NCBI GenBank assembly: GCA_001179505.1 | Contig: CDMY01000350.1 | Coordinates: 42,544 to 106,543 of the forward strand | Reading direction: 5' to 3' | Source: Vitrella brassicaformis CCMP3155 | Taxonomy: Eukaryota > Protista > Chromerida | DNA: 64,000 nt | Shown here: positions 37,291 to 50,029 of the stretch, piece after piece | Layout of the letters: the number at the start of each line of letters is the position of its first letter | Numbering within the stretch: position 1 is the stretch's first letter | The notes under the pieces: model-generated | What the model was told of the DNA's origin: nothing | The model's database searches: none | Seen by the model: only the letters and a program-made list of their open reading frames with translations | Made by a program: the position numbers and the translations under genes

Positions 37291-37850
37291 GATCTCATAG
37301 TCTAGCAGGCGAATCTTCTCTGCGGCCTCCGTGGCGGACAGCGGAGGGGTGTTGTCGATGTCAATAGGGTCGGCGGCCGTCGGTTTGCGTGTGGGGGAGG
37401 TGGGCTGCATGGTCGAGAGGGGATGATCGGGGTACACGGTGGGGTTCAAGTCGTGGGCGGGGCGTTTTTGCTGGTGAGGGCGACGACCACAGCCCGAGCA
37501 AGGAGTGAGGTTCACACACCTGTGGCAGCGAGAGCGAGGGTCGCACGTGGCGGCCGTCCAAGTAGGGGCAAATGGGGACGACAGCCGGCAAGGGACGTCT
37601 CGTTCGAGAACGGGGGACACAACGGCGAAGGCCCGAGGGTGAGCAGGGCCGCGGGGGAAGCGTGTGATGAGACATCTCCAGCTCAGATCTGCAAGCTCAA
37701 AGTTGGGGTGAATCTGCATCTTGGAGTCGCAGTGGCTTCCCGTGTGTCTTGGCCTGCTGCATTTGACTCGGCATCTGTGGCGCTACGCTGTGTTTCCAAT
37801 TGTGTGTTGTCGATGGGCAGCAATGACGGCTGGCGGCGTTGAGATGGGTC
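37290..37850. other. Unrelated ~0.55 kb segment replacing the 3' half of B2
   Basis: No similarity to the B C-terminus. Carries the minus-strand ORF 37222-37719 with a Cys/His cluster. Confidence 0.45.
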
Positions 37851-38168
37851 TCTCGCATGCGGTTCACCGTCACCTCTCTCTCCTGACGCTCGTCTGACGA
37901 ATTGAGGTACGAGAGGACACTGGCATGACACTGTGTGTGTCATCTTTTTCTGTGTGGCTGTGGCTGATCTGAGGCCTTCTTGCGTCTATGCTGTTGAGTG
38001 AGGGTGGGCGAGAGAAGTCTGTCGCAGCCAGCTGACTTACTTACATCCCCAGGAGCCGACTGAGGTGCGGAAAGGGCAAGAAAGCCACACTGATGTTCAC
38101 ATATCGATGAGGCGCCACCAATGCATTCGCTCATATGATGTCTGTGTTTTGTGTGTTTGTGTGAGCAG

Positions 38169-39633
38169 ATGTCGGCTGCTGATGGAGCTGGTGGCTCTGC
38201 TAACGAGCCATCCTCGTCGGCTGCGTCGGCAGCTGGCAATGGTACCAAAGACTTCCGCTGCACAGAAGCACAACCATGCAGACAGACATGTGCGTGGCGG
38301 GCGTGTTTCAGGTGCCGGCAATGCACCTTCTGCCCACCAGCAGCAGCAGCATGATCGCCCCATCAGTGCCTCTGATGTGCCGCAAGATCTCGCACCAACA
38401 GTTGCCGAGTACGTCAGGAGCTACGCGCAGCTGGAGGCCCTCATCGCCGCCCATCCCACCCAATTCACCGCCGCCGTCCTGCTGCCCATCCTCACACGCC
38501 TGCTGCCCGTCGTAGTGGAGGCCATGTTCGGTGTGTTGGTGGAGGTCCCCATCCCTCAGTTGGCCCTGGAAGTTGCTGCTTTGGTGCCTTCCCCTCATCG
38601 CAGCGCCCTTCCGCTTCTCGCGATGCGTCTGCTGGGTGTGCTGCTGCCCATTGTCGGCCTCGGCTCATTCCTGGTGTGGATCATCCCCCGGCTGCCCCTC
38701 CCTCAGTCACTCAGCCACGGCTGCCGCATGGCATACCTCATCGAACAGCTCACACGCCGGCTGAAGAGGCTGGAGAGGCTGGAGAGGGGCCGCGATTGGG
38801 GGAGGTGGCCGCCCCATTTGGAGATGCTTTATCTGCTGAGGGGCAAGCGGCCTTTGGTGTTGAGTGGCGACAACTTTGGTGTGTTCGGCAGCCGGGCGGC
38901 CTTCGTGAGTGAGACAGAGGCGGTCCGGCAGTGGAAGATACTCAGCCGGGGGGTCACCGTCAGTTTTGGAGGACAACAGATACGACTGATGGACGGCGAC
39001 AGCATCTTTCACCCCCCCAATGACCCTTCCGCCCCCACGCTCCTGACGTCTGCCAGCGCCCGCTTCCGCTTCCCTGATCCATTCGACCGCGCCAACCCGC
39101 CCACACAGTTACCCCTCTGGACGTACCGCAGCTACACATCAATGGTGGCATTCGTCCTGTTCGACTTGCTTTATGACGGCGGCCGCGTCCGTTGGATAAA
39201 ATTCTGGACGTCTTGCCATCCTGCTTCTGCTGCATCTCAGCGTGTGTGTGAGCTGCTGACGGCCTCTGCCAGCGATGCGGCACAGTGGGGGCCGGGGGTG
39301 GCCGTGTTCGACAAGAAGTGGTCTGACGGGGCGGCGGTACGACGTCATCGGCTGGTGGTGGTGGGGAGTGAGGTGATGGGCGAGGGACACATGGCAGCGA
39401 TAAATTGGCTGATGGATGGGGAGGGGCATCAACGGCTGGTGGTGTTTGGGAGTAAGGCGATGGGGGACGGGCACATGGCGATCATTCAGCTGGCCGACTG
39501 GGGGGATTGTTCCCGCTCTGTTACCATCCGCACGACCGAGTCGGCCCCCCACGACAAGACGCGCACTGCCGTGATGAGAATGCTGGGGGATCACCTGGGG
39601 GGCAAGGTGTGGCGGGGAGAGTGGGAGAGGTAG
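38169..39633 (+). CDS. Family B copy B3, intact, extended by N-terminal mosaic and C-terminal internal duplication
   Basis: Leader MSAADGAGGSANEPSSSAASAAGN, intron, then DVPQDLAPTVAEYVRSY... and the core. The motif HRLVV.GS..MG.GHMA.I occurs twice. Confidence 0.8.
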
Positions 39634-40248
39634 TGGGTGGGTGCCGGAGTCTCTCCACCAACAGTCATTGTGAGATCGTTCTTCGTCATTTTAAGCTGAG
39701 AAACTGTGGGCGAGCCGACGGCCAACACGAGGAGATGCACTGTGATGTGATCGGGGGCTTTATCGCTGTGTCGCTCTCAAGCAGGAGAGGACACCGACAG
39801 ATAGACGGCCGGGCACAACGGGTTTTTGCTCTCTGCCCGTCCGGTTGCCTGGGGCCTCTGCGTGTGCCTTTCCTTGACAGTATGAGAGGGAACAAAGGCA
39901 GAGTTAAGTGGTTTTTCTGTTCTGTTGCTGCCCTTCCTGCTGTGAGCTTCGTCCTCGTCGTGTATCTGTACGCTCATCTGTAGGTGTTAGAACAGAGCTC
40001 TATGTGTGTGTGTGTGAGTGTGTGTGTGTACTGTAAGTTTTACAGTGAGGTAAGACCGATCCTGTGTCACACAGATTGAGTGAAATGAGTGCATTTCTGC
40101 CCATTGGATTGGATGGACCAACTAACCACAGTAACACGGCCATCCGTTGGTCGGGTCGAGGGAGTCAGAGTGTTCTATATACACACACAGACATGTGCAC
40201 CCACAAAAGATACCATCACCCGCATCTGTGCAATCAAAAACCACACAC

Positions 40249-40908
40249 TCATTCAGAGCCATTTACGGCGGCCCTGAGTTCTTCGACGAGCGGCGGACTC
40301 CACACAGGCAGCCCATCCACACTCCACGCACACGCCACCTAAACCACAGACAGACAGACAGACAGAGAGGGATGAACACATGCATCTGACTCCCACACAC
40401 ACACTGACCTCTTCATCGAAAGGAATGCGCCATTGTCTGAAGTATTGCCTGAGGTCATGTTTGGCCGCCCGGCTCAGCCGCACCACCCACTGCACACGCT
40501 TGTCGCCGTCGCTCGCCGGCCGCTCGCTGGCCGGGAGATGACGGTACTCCTCAAACACACACATATACACCTCCCAGCCAAAACTGACACAGACACATCA
40601 TCAGACAGAGAGAGAGAGATGCAGACAGACACGAGCATGCGGCCGGCCGCTTGCTTACTGTTTCTGTAGGTAAGCGTATGAGACGAGTGCGAGCCCGGGG
40701 TCTCTGCACCAGTGGCCGCTGAACGTCTGTGAGGTGTCTGTGAGGTACTTGAGGGCGCTGGAGAGGTGCCCACGCAGCCAGGGGGCATCCCATGCAGGTA
40801 TGCCCAGCACCTGGTCCATGGTGAACAGCGAGAAGAGATTGACAGTGACCTCCTCAGTCCCCCTGAACGTCCACTCTCTCTCCTGCCTGCACACACACAC
40901 ATACAGAG

Positions 40909-40941
<33 letters not shown>

Positions 40942-43900
40942 TACGTGGCCCTGCAGCCACCCTCGAGCACACAAACACACATGTGTACCTGTTGTGGCCG
41001 AGCTCGTGGAAGAGCCCCCAGGTGCCCTTCTGTCTGATGGCAGGGATGTCGACGATCGGCGGTGCCCCGTCGGCCATCTTGACGCCGGGCGGGCGGGCCA
41101 CGTCCATGTGACACATTATGGGGTAGCCCGAGTGCATGTAGCCTGCACACACAGGTGGGTGTCTGGGAGAGGGGAGGGAGGGGGGCTCTTGCTGCTTTCA
41201 CCCACCACAGGTGATTTGGACGTCGGGCACAATTCGTTCCTTGCGTGAGGGGTAGGGCCATCGGCACGACAGCACCAGCTGCGCCTCAACCACACTGTCC
41301 CTGCACCCATCCGTCCACACGCATCGCATCATGTCTGCCTGATGCTGTGGATTCACTGACCAGAATTCGACCACCTCTCGGGGATCCTCCACCTTCTCTA
41401 GAGTGCTCCTGGGCAGAGAAATCACCACTCTTCGCCCCTCCAGCTCCCCCCACGGCCCCCCGTAGCACACTCGCTCACGCCACGACGAACGACGCCCATA
41501 CGGATACCCCACACAAGGGCCGGCCGTCTCTCCCTTCGTCTCTTCGCGCTCTTCGTGTTCGAGAGAGTACCACGGACACAGGACGCCCCCACTGAGTGTG
41601 ACCGTCGTTGGTGCGCCGTCGGAGGGCGTGCTGGTGTTGTGTGTGCTGTGGCTGCATTCGATGTAAAGGAGGCCGCCGAAGGGTGTGGCGGTGGTGAGAC
41701 TGTGGTCGTGGGCAGGGTCCCATGCGACGGCGTGGGTGACGTTTGGCCATCGCTTGAGGGGCGTCTGGGTGACCTTGTCGGTGTGGCAGCCGATGCGCAC
41801 CGTCAGGCGGCCTGCAGGCACACACATGACATCGATGATATGGATCGACCCATGCCGACAGAGAGAGTGCGTGTATGCTCATGTGTCTGTGTGTGTTTCT
41901 GCTAACATTTTATCTCAGTATTGCCGACGAGGGCGTCCACAAAGCCGCGCAGCGCCCCTCCTCTCCTTCTCGCCCCACACGTCAGCTTGATGACCTCACC
42001 AGGTGGCACATACACACCTGCACACACACACACACACACACACTCACAACATGAGACACACGCCCCCCTGCCCACCTGCCCACCTACCAGTGCTCTGCCA
42101 TCCCAGGCGTGAAGGGTCGATCTGAATGGGGAAGGCATGCAGCCGGGGGCAGTCGACGGCCACGCTGCCCAGCAGGCCCTCAATGCCCGGCGCACGAGGC
42201 ACCCCCTCCAGCGGCATCGATCGCCACGTCCGGTCGAAGCAGATGACCTTCACGCCGTTGACCACATCACGCAGGCTCCTGTTGCCCAGCGGCCACTCGA
42301 TGCCGTCCAATGGGCCACCACCACCACCACCACCACCGCCACAGGCAGCAGAGCAGAAGACCTCACGCGCACTGCCGACGAGCTGGCGGCATGCGTGTGT
42401 GGGGTTCGGTGTGGGCGTCTGCTGGTCTTGTGTGAAGATGGTTTGGAGAGTGTGTAGGGGGAGGCTGGGGAGGGACGAGCACAGGAGGGGGTAGACCACA
42501 TCCGAGACCTCCTCGCCGTTCCTGCACACACACACACACCACAGAGTGATGCATCATTGCGTGTTCTGTGCGTGGGTCTGCTCACTGTGCGGCCGATTTG
42601 CACGCTTCCATTGCGTCGGCGACGTTCCGCTTGCACCATGGGTGTGAGTCGTCACACACAAAGACGTCCCCATGGCTGTACTGGTTGGTGTAGTTGAGAC
42701 CGACATGCTGCAGCACCGCGTTCTGGAGGGACTCTGACCTCACACACCTTCAACACACACACACACACACACGCACACACAAGAGTCAGGAATCGATGGA
42801 AGACGTTTCATCTTACCTGTTGCCGGCGACTTGCTCCCACCCCCAGGGACACAGCCCGACGAGGAGGCCGCCCCCCGTGTGGACATACTTGACCAGCGCC
42901 CTCACTCTCGGATCATCACACGAACTGACACAGACAAAGCACCCAGGGAAACAAGGAGAGAAATACCCGCTCTCTGTGCGCTCTGTGTTCGTGTGGTGCT
43001 GATGGTCTTCTCCCTACCTGATTATCTCCTGTCTGGCGTCATACCACGGCGCGAGAACAATCACCGACGGACGTCGCTGCCTCTGCACGAGAGCCACCAG
43101 CCCGCCCACATCGCCAGTGTCAGCCAAGCCATCGACAGCGCCGTGAATCCACCACCGCTCCCACCCAATGACCGACACACTGATGCCGGTGGTGATCTCC
43201 CCCTTCCCGCCCCCCAGCCACCGAAGAATACTCTGCACAAACGTGCCCCCTGCCTCATTCCGAAGGTAATCCTCCTTTGCCATGGCGACCACACGGCCGT
43301 TGCCGTAGAGTGCCGCTGCAGCGATGGTCTGCTTCTCGTTGCCGATGAGTGAGAATGCGGTTGTGCTGATGACGTCGACAGTGCCTGGGACGCCTGAGCG
43401 GGGGAGGGGTGTGACGCCGTCGAGGAGGTGGGCGCGGTGAGGGCGGGGGTCGAAGGCATCGCTGTCGTCATCTGGCTGCTCGCTGAGGTCCCATGTGACA
43501 GTGCTGAGCATGAAATGGACCTCGTTCACACCTGCACACGACAGACAGACACACACACACACACACGCGTGTGCCCACCTCCCTCCCTGCCTGGTGGGTC
43601 TGTGGCTCCTACCGACATAGTGCGCTCCGTGGGTGCCGTCAAACACAAGCCGCCACCACCTCGCCCCCTCATGACCACCATCTCCATCTCCCAGGCCGAT
43701 CTCGTGCCACCGAGATGAATCGTCGAGGCTCTTCGTCGCCACCTCGGTCCACTCCCCCGCCTCATCAGCACCGTGTTTGCCCTCCACCGTCACTGTCCGT
43801 GGCGTCGCATGCGCGTTGGCACACCACACACGCACACAGGCAAGCCGCTGAGGGCGGGAGAGGTCGAACGCTATGAATGCCCCGCTGACAACACACACCA

Positions 43901-44202
43901 CACACAACACCACATATGTGTTAAATCGTCGGCAGCCCATACGCATGGCTGTGTGTGTGTGTGTGTGTGTGGTGTTACTTCGTGTGTGTGGTGGTCCACC
44001 AGTTGCCGCTGTGCAGCACCGAGGAGGCAGACGAGCACTGGTGGGAGAAATCAGAGACTGTCACACCCTCCACCTGCACACAACACAAAGAGAAGGCCGT
44101 CCATCCATCCGTCCATCCCCGCTCTCTCGTAGATGAAGGAAGGGCTGTCGCACCGGCCCATGGGCGCACCTTGGTCAGTGTTGCCCGACGATGCACCGGC
44201 AT
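40249..44202 (-). CDS. TCAF/FAM115-like peptidase M60 (enhancin-like) zinc metallopeptidase with an N-terminal discoidin/F5-8 type C (CBM32-like) domain
   Basis: WGLFHELGHN...EWTF.GTEEVTVNLFSL (HEXXH+E), TVRIGCHTD...GGLLYI, GVYVPPGE, and the TCAF N-terminal AAALYGNGRVVAMAKEDYL. Upstream spliced domain: SASSVLHSGNWWTTTHTN|GAFIAFDLSRPQRL..V.VW...EWTEV...ARWWRLVF..GVNEVHF. Confidence 0.85.
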
Positions 44203-44748
44203 GATGTTGTGTTGTGTCCGACTCGGGACTTGGGAGGAGGGAGGGATCAGCGACAGATGCCAGAAGAAGAGTGAGGCGTCATGAAGGAGTCACTGTGGAA
44301 GTAAGTGGGCAGTCCTGTCCTGTTCGGCTCGCAGTCCAGTTTCACGACACCCTGAAACATTCCCGATTGTGTGCCGTTATGTCGCATGTGACGTGACGGC
44401 ACTGTTATGGTTATGATGCCACGGCCTGAATCGCATGGATTGCATGGATGGATGGATGGATGGATGGATGTGTGGATGCTTGAGATGGCCAAGACACACT
44501 GATAGTGAGCGAGCGTTGCCGAGAGACAGACAGGCAGAAAGGCAGACAGACATCTGACTGACGTGGATGACCGAAAGGAGGACAACTCGTGTGTGTGCAG
44601 GGCTGATCAGTTAAGGGCCCATCAAGGGAGGTCACTTGAAATACACGCACACATACCCGCTCTTCAGATTCAACTAACAACCCCCCTCCTCACACAAACA
44701 AAGGCTAGCCCTCTTCTCTCCCCATGTTAGCCATAACATCGGCGACAC

Positions 44749-45799
44749 TCACCCCACCACCGTCCCCCTGTCGATGACGTCACTCTCGAGACCGAATCGC
44801 CGCAGCAGACGGCGGGCGGCACCCACCGACTCTCGGAAGCGGTCGGCGAGCGGATGAGACCGATCGGCAGCAGATGCCTCGGTCGTGTACAGGTGGATGC
44901 GGCCATTGCACACCACCAGATACGCCGCAACGGTCTCGCTCGGCCGGAATCCGCTCACAATCACATAACGACTGTCCCTCACATTACCATGGTTCAGATT
45001 GCCCTCATCGTAGCGGAAGTCGACAGCGATGCCCTGCTCCTCTGTGATGGCGTCGGTCAGCAGACGGCCAAAGCGAGGGTCACTACTGCCGATGTTGGCC
45101 CACAGCATCCTCCTCTTGTCCTCTCCCTCTTCATGGCACCAGAGGCCGAGTACCCTGTCCAGCACCGCGTTCAGCAGGAATGCCGAGAATGAGGGGAAGA
45201 GATTGCCGCTCCACCGGATGACGGGGTCGGTCCGCTTGTAGCCGTCAGCATAGCGATGGCCGCCCGGCAGCTCACCCAACGGCACCACACGAAACGTCAC
45301 GTTGCCAATCCGATAGAGTCCGTCATTGCCGATTTGCTGCAGCGCCAGGCCGGTCCCTCTGTATGGGAGCTGTCGGCCGATGATCTTGTAGATGGCCATC
45401 GCCAATGGCAGCTGGTGGAATGCCGTCCTGCTGGAAAGGTCGGCTGTCAGCCGCTGAGCCGACAGCACCAGGGGCAGCCCATTGGCAGGCGTCAGCCGAT
45501 AGATGGCGGCCAGCCGGATGAACCGCCCCATCGCAAGGCCACTCGTTGCTGCCCTGCTCCAGCACATAGGCCGCCCGCAGCACATAGCTGAATGGGAGAG
45601 GGGCGGTGCGGTCGACGTCGATGAGGCCGGTGAGGGAGTGGCGAACGAGGGAGCCGTCGATGCGCTCCACCAGGAGAGCGGCCGTGACGATGGACGTGCC
45701 GATGGCGTGGGAGGAGGTGCGGAGAGAGATCACATCAGGCAGCTGCAGGCACCTCACCACCCGCCCACGCCACAGATCGTCGGGCAGCGAAAACGCCAT
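44749..45799 (-). pseudogene. Family A copy A8 (F-box-like MAFSLPDDLWRGRVVRCLQLPDVISLRTSS), +1 frameshift near 45535
   Basis: Two overlapping ORFs (45323-45802 and 44749-45585). Reads tggccttgcgatgggg where paralogues have tggcctgggatgggg. Confidence 0.85.
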
Positions 45800-45922
45800 C
45801 AATCAATCACCACGACTCAGTCAGGACTCAGGACGGGGAGGGGAAGGGGTGTACGGAATCGGCTTATGTAAGGCAATCCATCCCGCCTTTACAGATTCAG
45901 GTAAACACTCGTCTGGCTGGTG

Positions 45923-46024
45923 ATGTCGGTGAAATCGAGTGTGAATGAGTCCATCGAGGCCATCGGTTTCGGACTGGGTCAGATCGTGGCCATTCTGTCT
46001 GGCGGCGGGGCGTATCTGGCCGAT
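45923..46024 (+). pseudogene. Truncated duplicate of the first 34 codons of the MFS transporter
   Basis: MSVKSSVNESIEAIGFGLGQIVAILSGGGAYLAD is nearly identical to 47825 onward, then breaks abruptly. Confidence 0.9.
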
Positions 46025-46305
46025 ATTGTCGCTGTGCGTCTGTTTTGCCCCCCTGTTCAGCTCGCAGTCCAGTTTCACGACGCTCTTACATCCCGATGGC
46101 CCAGTGACGACTTACTTCCATGCAAGAAAGGTGTGACGTGACGGCACTGTTATGGTTATGATGCCATGGCCTGTCGCATGGATTGGATGGATGGATGGAT
46201 GGATGGATGTCGATGAACGTGAGGATGCCTGAAATGGCCAGGACACGATGATAGTGAGCGAGGGCTACAGACGACACTCCACTCTCTCTCTCTCTCTCTC
46301 TGACC

Positions 46306-46339
<34 letters not shown>

Positions 46340-46557
46340 AAGAAAGACAGACAGGCATCTGACTGACGTGGATGACCGAAAGGATGCCGGGACATGCGGG
46401 GCTGATCAGTTAAGGGCCCATCAAGGGAGGTCACTTGAAATACACGCACACATGCCCGCTCTTCAGATTCAACACACAACCCTCCCCCCCTCTTCTCCTC
46501 GCACAAACAAAGGCTAGCCCTCTTCTCTCCCCATGTTAGCCATTACATTGGCGACAC

Positions 46558-47684
46558 TCACCCCATTACCCTGCCCCATTCATGACCGCATCTTCGAGAT
46601 CGAATCGCCGCAGCAGACGGCGGAGAGCACCAACCGACACCGGGTAGCGGTCGGCGGGCGGCTGAGACCGATCAGCCACATGCGTCTCGGTCGTGTGCAC
46701 ATCGATGATGCCATCCTCCACCCACAGGTGCGCAGCGACGGTCTGCCCTGCTTGGTGGCCGCTCAGAATCACCCGACGAGCAGCATCATTCAGATCGCCC
46801 GGTCGCTGCGATAGTCGACAGCGATGTCCAAATCCTCTGTGATGCCCTCAGTCAGCAGGCGGCCATAACGAGGGTCATGACGATCGATGGGTGCCCACAG
46901 CACCCTCCTGCGGCCCACCCCCTCTCCATCCGACCACCTGCCCAGATCCTCTGGGATGGTGTGAGTCATCAGCAGTCCGCCCTGTCTACGCAGCACCTTC
47001 CTGCGACCCACCCTCCCCTGACGGCGCCACCGGCAAAGCAGCCTCTCTAGCAGGAATGCCGAGAATGAGCGATAGAGTAGGAGACCGCGGCCGCAGCGGA
47101 TGACGGGGTCGGTCCGCTTGTAGCCGTCAGCGTAGCGATGGCCGTCCGGCAGCTCATCCAATGGCACCACACGAAACAGACCCATGCTGCCGATCCGATA
47201 GGCCCCGCTGTAGGCGTCTGGCTGCAGCGCCAGGCTGTGTGTGTTGTGTGTGAGCATGTGGCCGAACAGCCGATAGATGGCCATCGCCAATGGCAGCTGG
47301 TGGAATGCCGTCCTGCTGGGAAGGTGGGCTGTCAGCCACTGAGCCGACACACACCAGGGGCAGCCCATTGGCAGGCGTCAGCCGATAGATGGCGGCCAGC
47401 CGGATGAACCCCCCCATCCCAGGCCACTCGCTGCTGCCCTGCTCCAGCACATATGCCGCCCGCAGCACATAGGTGAATGGGAGAGGGGCGGTGCGGTCGA
47501 TGTCGATAAGGCCGGTGAGGGAGTGGCGGGCGAGGGAGCCGTCGATGCGCTCCACCAGCAGGGCGGCCGTGACGATGGACGTGCCGATGGCGTGGGAGGT
47601 GGTGCGGAGAGAGATCACATCAGGCAGCTGCAGGCACCTCACCACCCGCCCTCGCCACAGGTCGTCGGGCAGCGAAAACGCCAT
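46558..47684 (-). pseudogene. Family A copy A9 (F-box-like), several frameshifts and an internal duplication
   Basis: ORFs 47154-47687, 46790-47368 and 46566-46772 together cover the A core. Confidence 0.85.
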
Positions 47685-47824
47685 CAATCAATCACCACGA
47701 CTCAGTCAGGACTCAGGACGGGGAGGGGAAGGAGTGTACGGGAATCGGGTAACGGCTGTGTTAGGGTGCTACCCTGCAACCATCCCGCCTTTACAGATTC
47801 AGGTAAACACTCGTCTGGCTGGTG

Positions 47825-50029
47825 ATGTCGGTGAAATCGAGTGTGAATGAGTTCATCGAGGCCATCGGTTTCGGCCTTGGTCAGATCGTGGCCATTCTGT
47901 CCGGCGGCGGGGCGTATCTGGCCGATGGAGCGGAGGTGCTGGTCCTCGGCGCCATCAACTACCATCTGGGACAGGACTTGGGGCTCTCCGGCGTGGCCAT
48001 GGCGGCCATGGTGTCGATAATCTTCGTTGGCGTCATGTGCGGCAACCTCCTTGCCGGCGTCATTGGCGACCACTATGGGCGGAAGCTGCCCATCTTGCTC
48101 TCCTACTCGGGCACCGTTTCATGCTCACTCGTCAGCGTAAGGCAGAGGAACGCGGCGAGAGCATGCAGCAAATACCTGATCCAGTGGCCTTGTGTGTGTG
48201 AATATGCGATGGATGCAGATAATGCTGAGTTCGTATTGGCTGATGATGGTCTGTCGCTTTCTTGTGGGAATCTCCTTTGGGATCGGAGTGCCCGCGTGGA
48301 ACTCGCTGTCAGGTGAGATCAGCCGTCAGACACACCAACGGATGGATGGATGGATGGATGGATGGATTGTGTGTCGTTGGTCTCTCTCTCGTGATGGTCA
48401 GGCGAGATCACGCCCATCAGGTGGCGCCTTCTGGCGCAGTCGATAAGCCAGTCGCTCTTTTGTTTCGGAGAGATCTATGCCGCATCGACTCTATGGTTCC
48501 TCGACCCTCAGCTGAAGGTTCAGCAGCCCAGTCACATGTGCAACGTCCATCGAGGCACATCTGTGTGTGTCTGTGTCCATCCATGCAGCACGCGGACTGG
48601 CGCATCCTCGTGGCAGTGGCGAGCATCCCGTCCTTCCTCTTTCTCTTCAGTGCCCTGCTGCTGCTGACCGAATCGCCCCACTTCCTCTACACCCAGAACA
48701 AGCTCTCTGCCACCCGGGATGTGCTGATGCGGCTGGCGTGGTGGAATAGGAAGGACATCGATGTGCAGTTGCTGCAGGCACCCATGTCGCCGCTCGTCAG
48801 ACAGCAATCGGCCGGAGTCGATAAGACTTTCAGGGTCAGCCAGCACGGCCAAGATGGTGTGGGGTGGGCACTCGTCGATGCGTGTGTGTGTGTGTGGCAG
48901 CAAGAGCTGCGGTCTCACTTGAAAATCATCTTCTCGCGCAAGTATTTGTTCTCGACGCTGGTGTGTTGCTTCGTGTGCTACGTGGTGAACACCGGCTTCT
49001 ACGGGCTTCTGTACGCCCTCCCTCTCACCGTACCGCACATGGAGCCCATGGGTGACCCCAGCACACCACACAGCATCCATCCCACGCCGGCCGGTCTGTC
49101 TCATGGTTTGTGTCGGTGCCTGCCCTGCTGCAGGGACCACCCCAGCTGGGGCGGTATTGGGTGCAGCGATGTTTGAGCTGCTGGGGTACCCGGCAGTCTT
49201 TTTCTTCGACACGTTCTGCACCCGGATAGCTAACATAGCATCATGCTCCCTCTGTGTCGGTGAGACACCGGATATGCACACCCAAGAAGACAGAGAGAGA
49301 GAGCGAGAGAATGTCTAATGTGCATTTGTCAGGTTTGAGTCTGACGATATTCTGCGTGGCGGCCTTCCTGCATCAGACGACCATCGCACTCTGGAGCGTA
49401 TCAGTGGCCAAGCTGTTCGTTGTCGCAGGTAAGTCAGCCTGACACCAACCTGGCTCCATCGCTCGGTCGGACTCTCTGTCCCTGTCTGTCTGTGCAGTGT
49501 TTGTGACGGTATATGTCTACGTGGTTGAGCTGTATCCCACGATCTGCCGTACGATGGGCACCGCCCTCTGCTTCACAGCCGGCCGCCTCGGCGCCATCTC
49601 GTCGCCGCTCACCTTCGAGCTCTTTCGCCTTATGGTCATTGGCGAGCGGGAGCCGTCAGTGCCGGGCGAGCCTCACCTAGCTTTCATGCCCTTCTTCATC
49701 TTGATTGCGACCTTGAACTTTATCACGGCCTGTCTGACGGCATTCCTGCCCTACGAGACGAAAGGCGCTCCGCTGCAGGTCAGTCAGCCAGGAGACGAAC
49801 AAAGGTGTCTGCCGCAAGCTCATGTCTCTCGTGTGTCCTGCCTTGCAAACAGGCGTTCCACGAGCCCCACGAAGCCGACGAGCGGCAAGTGCGCCGCGCC
49901 ATTGGGTTCAATGGCGGACAGACAGATGAGTCAAGAGCCCTCCTGGGGCCGCATTTCGGCCATCTGCAGGCGGCGGCACAGCAGCAGCAGCAGCAGCACG
50001 CAGACGCAGTCATTGAGAGGGCGGGATGA
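47825..50029 (+). CDS. Major facilitator superfamily transporter, SV2/SVOP-like (sugar_tr clan), multi-exon
   Basis: IEAIGFGLGQ..LADGAEVLVLG, GVIGDHYGRK, RFLVGISFG, EITPIRWR, DWRILV, ESPHFL, VYVVELYPTICRTMGTALCFTAGRLGAISSP and LPYETKGAPL. Confidence 0.92.

Larger units (their letters stand above)
44320..47930. repeat. Tandem segmental duplication (~1.7-1.85 kb units, junction near 46025-46060)
   Basis: gctcgcagtccagtttcacgac...gtgacgtgacggcactgttatggttatgatgcca and cagttaagggcccatcaagggaggtcacttgaaatacacgcacac each occur at ~44.3-44.7k and ~46.06-46.5k. Each unit carries an A gene and the start of the MFS gene. Confidence 0.85.
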
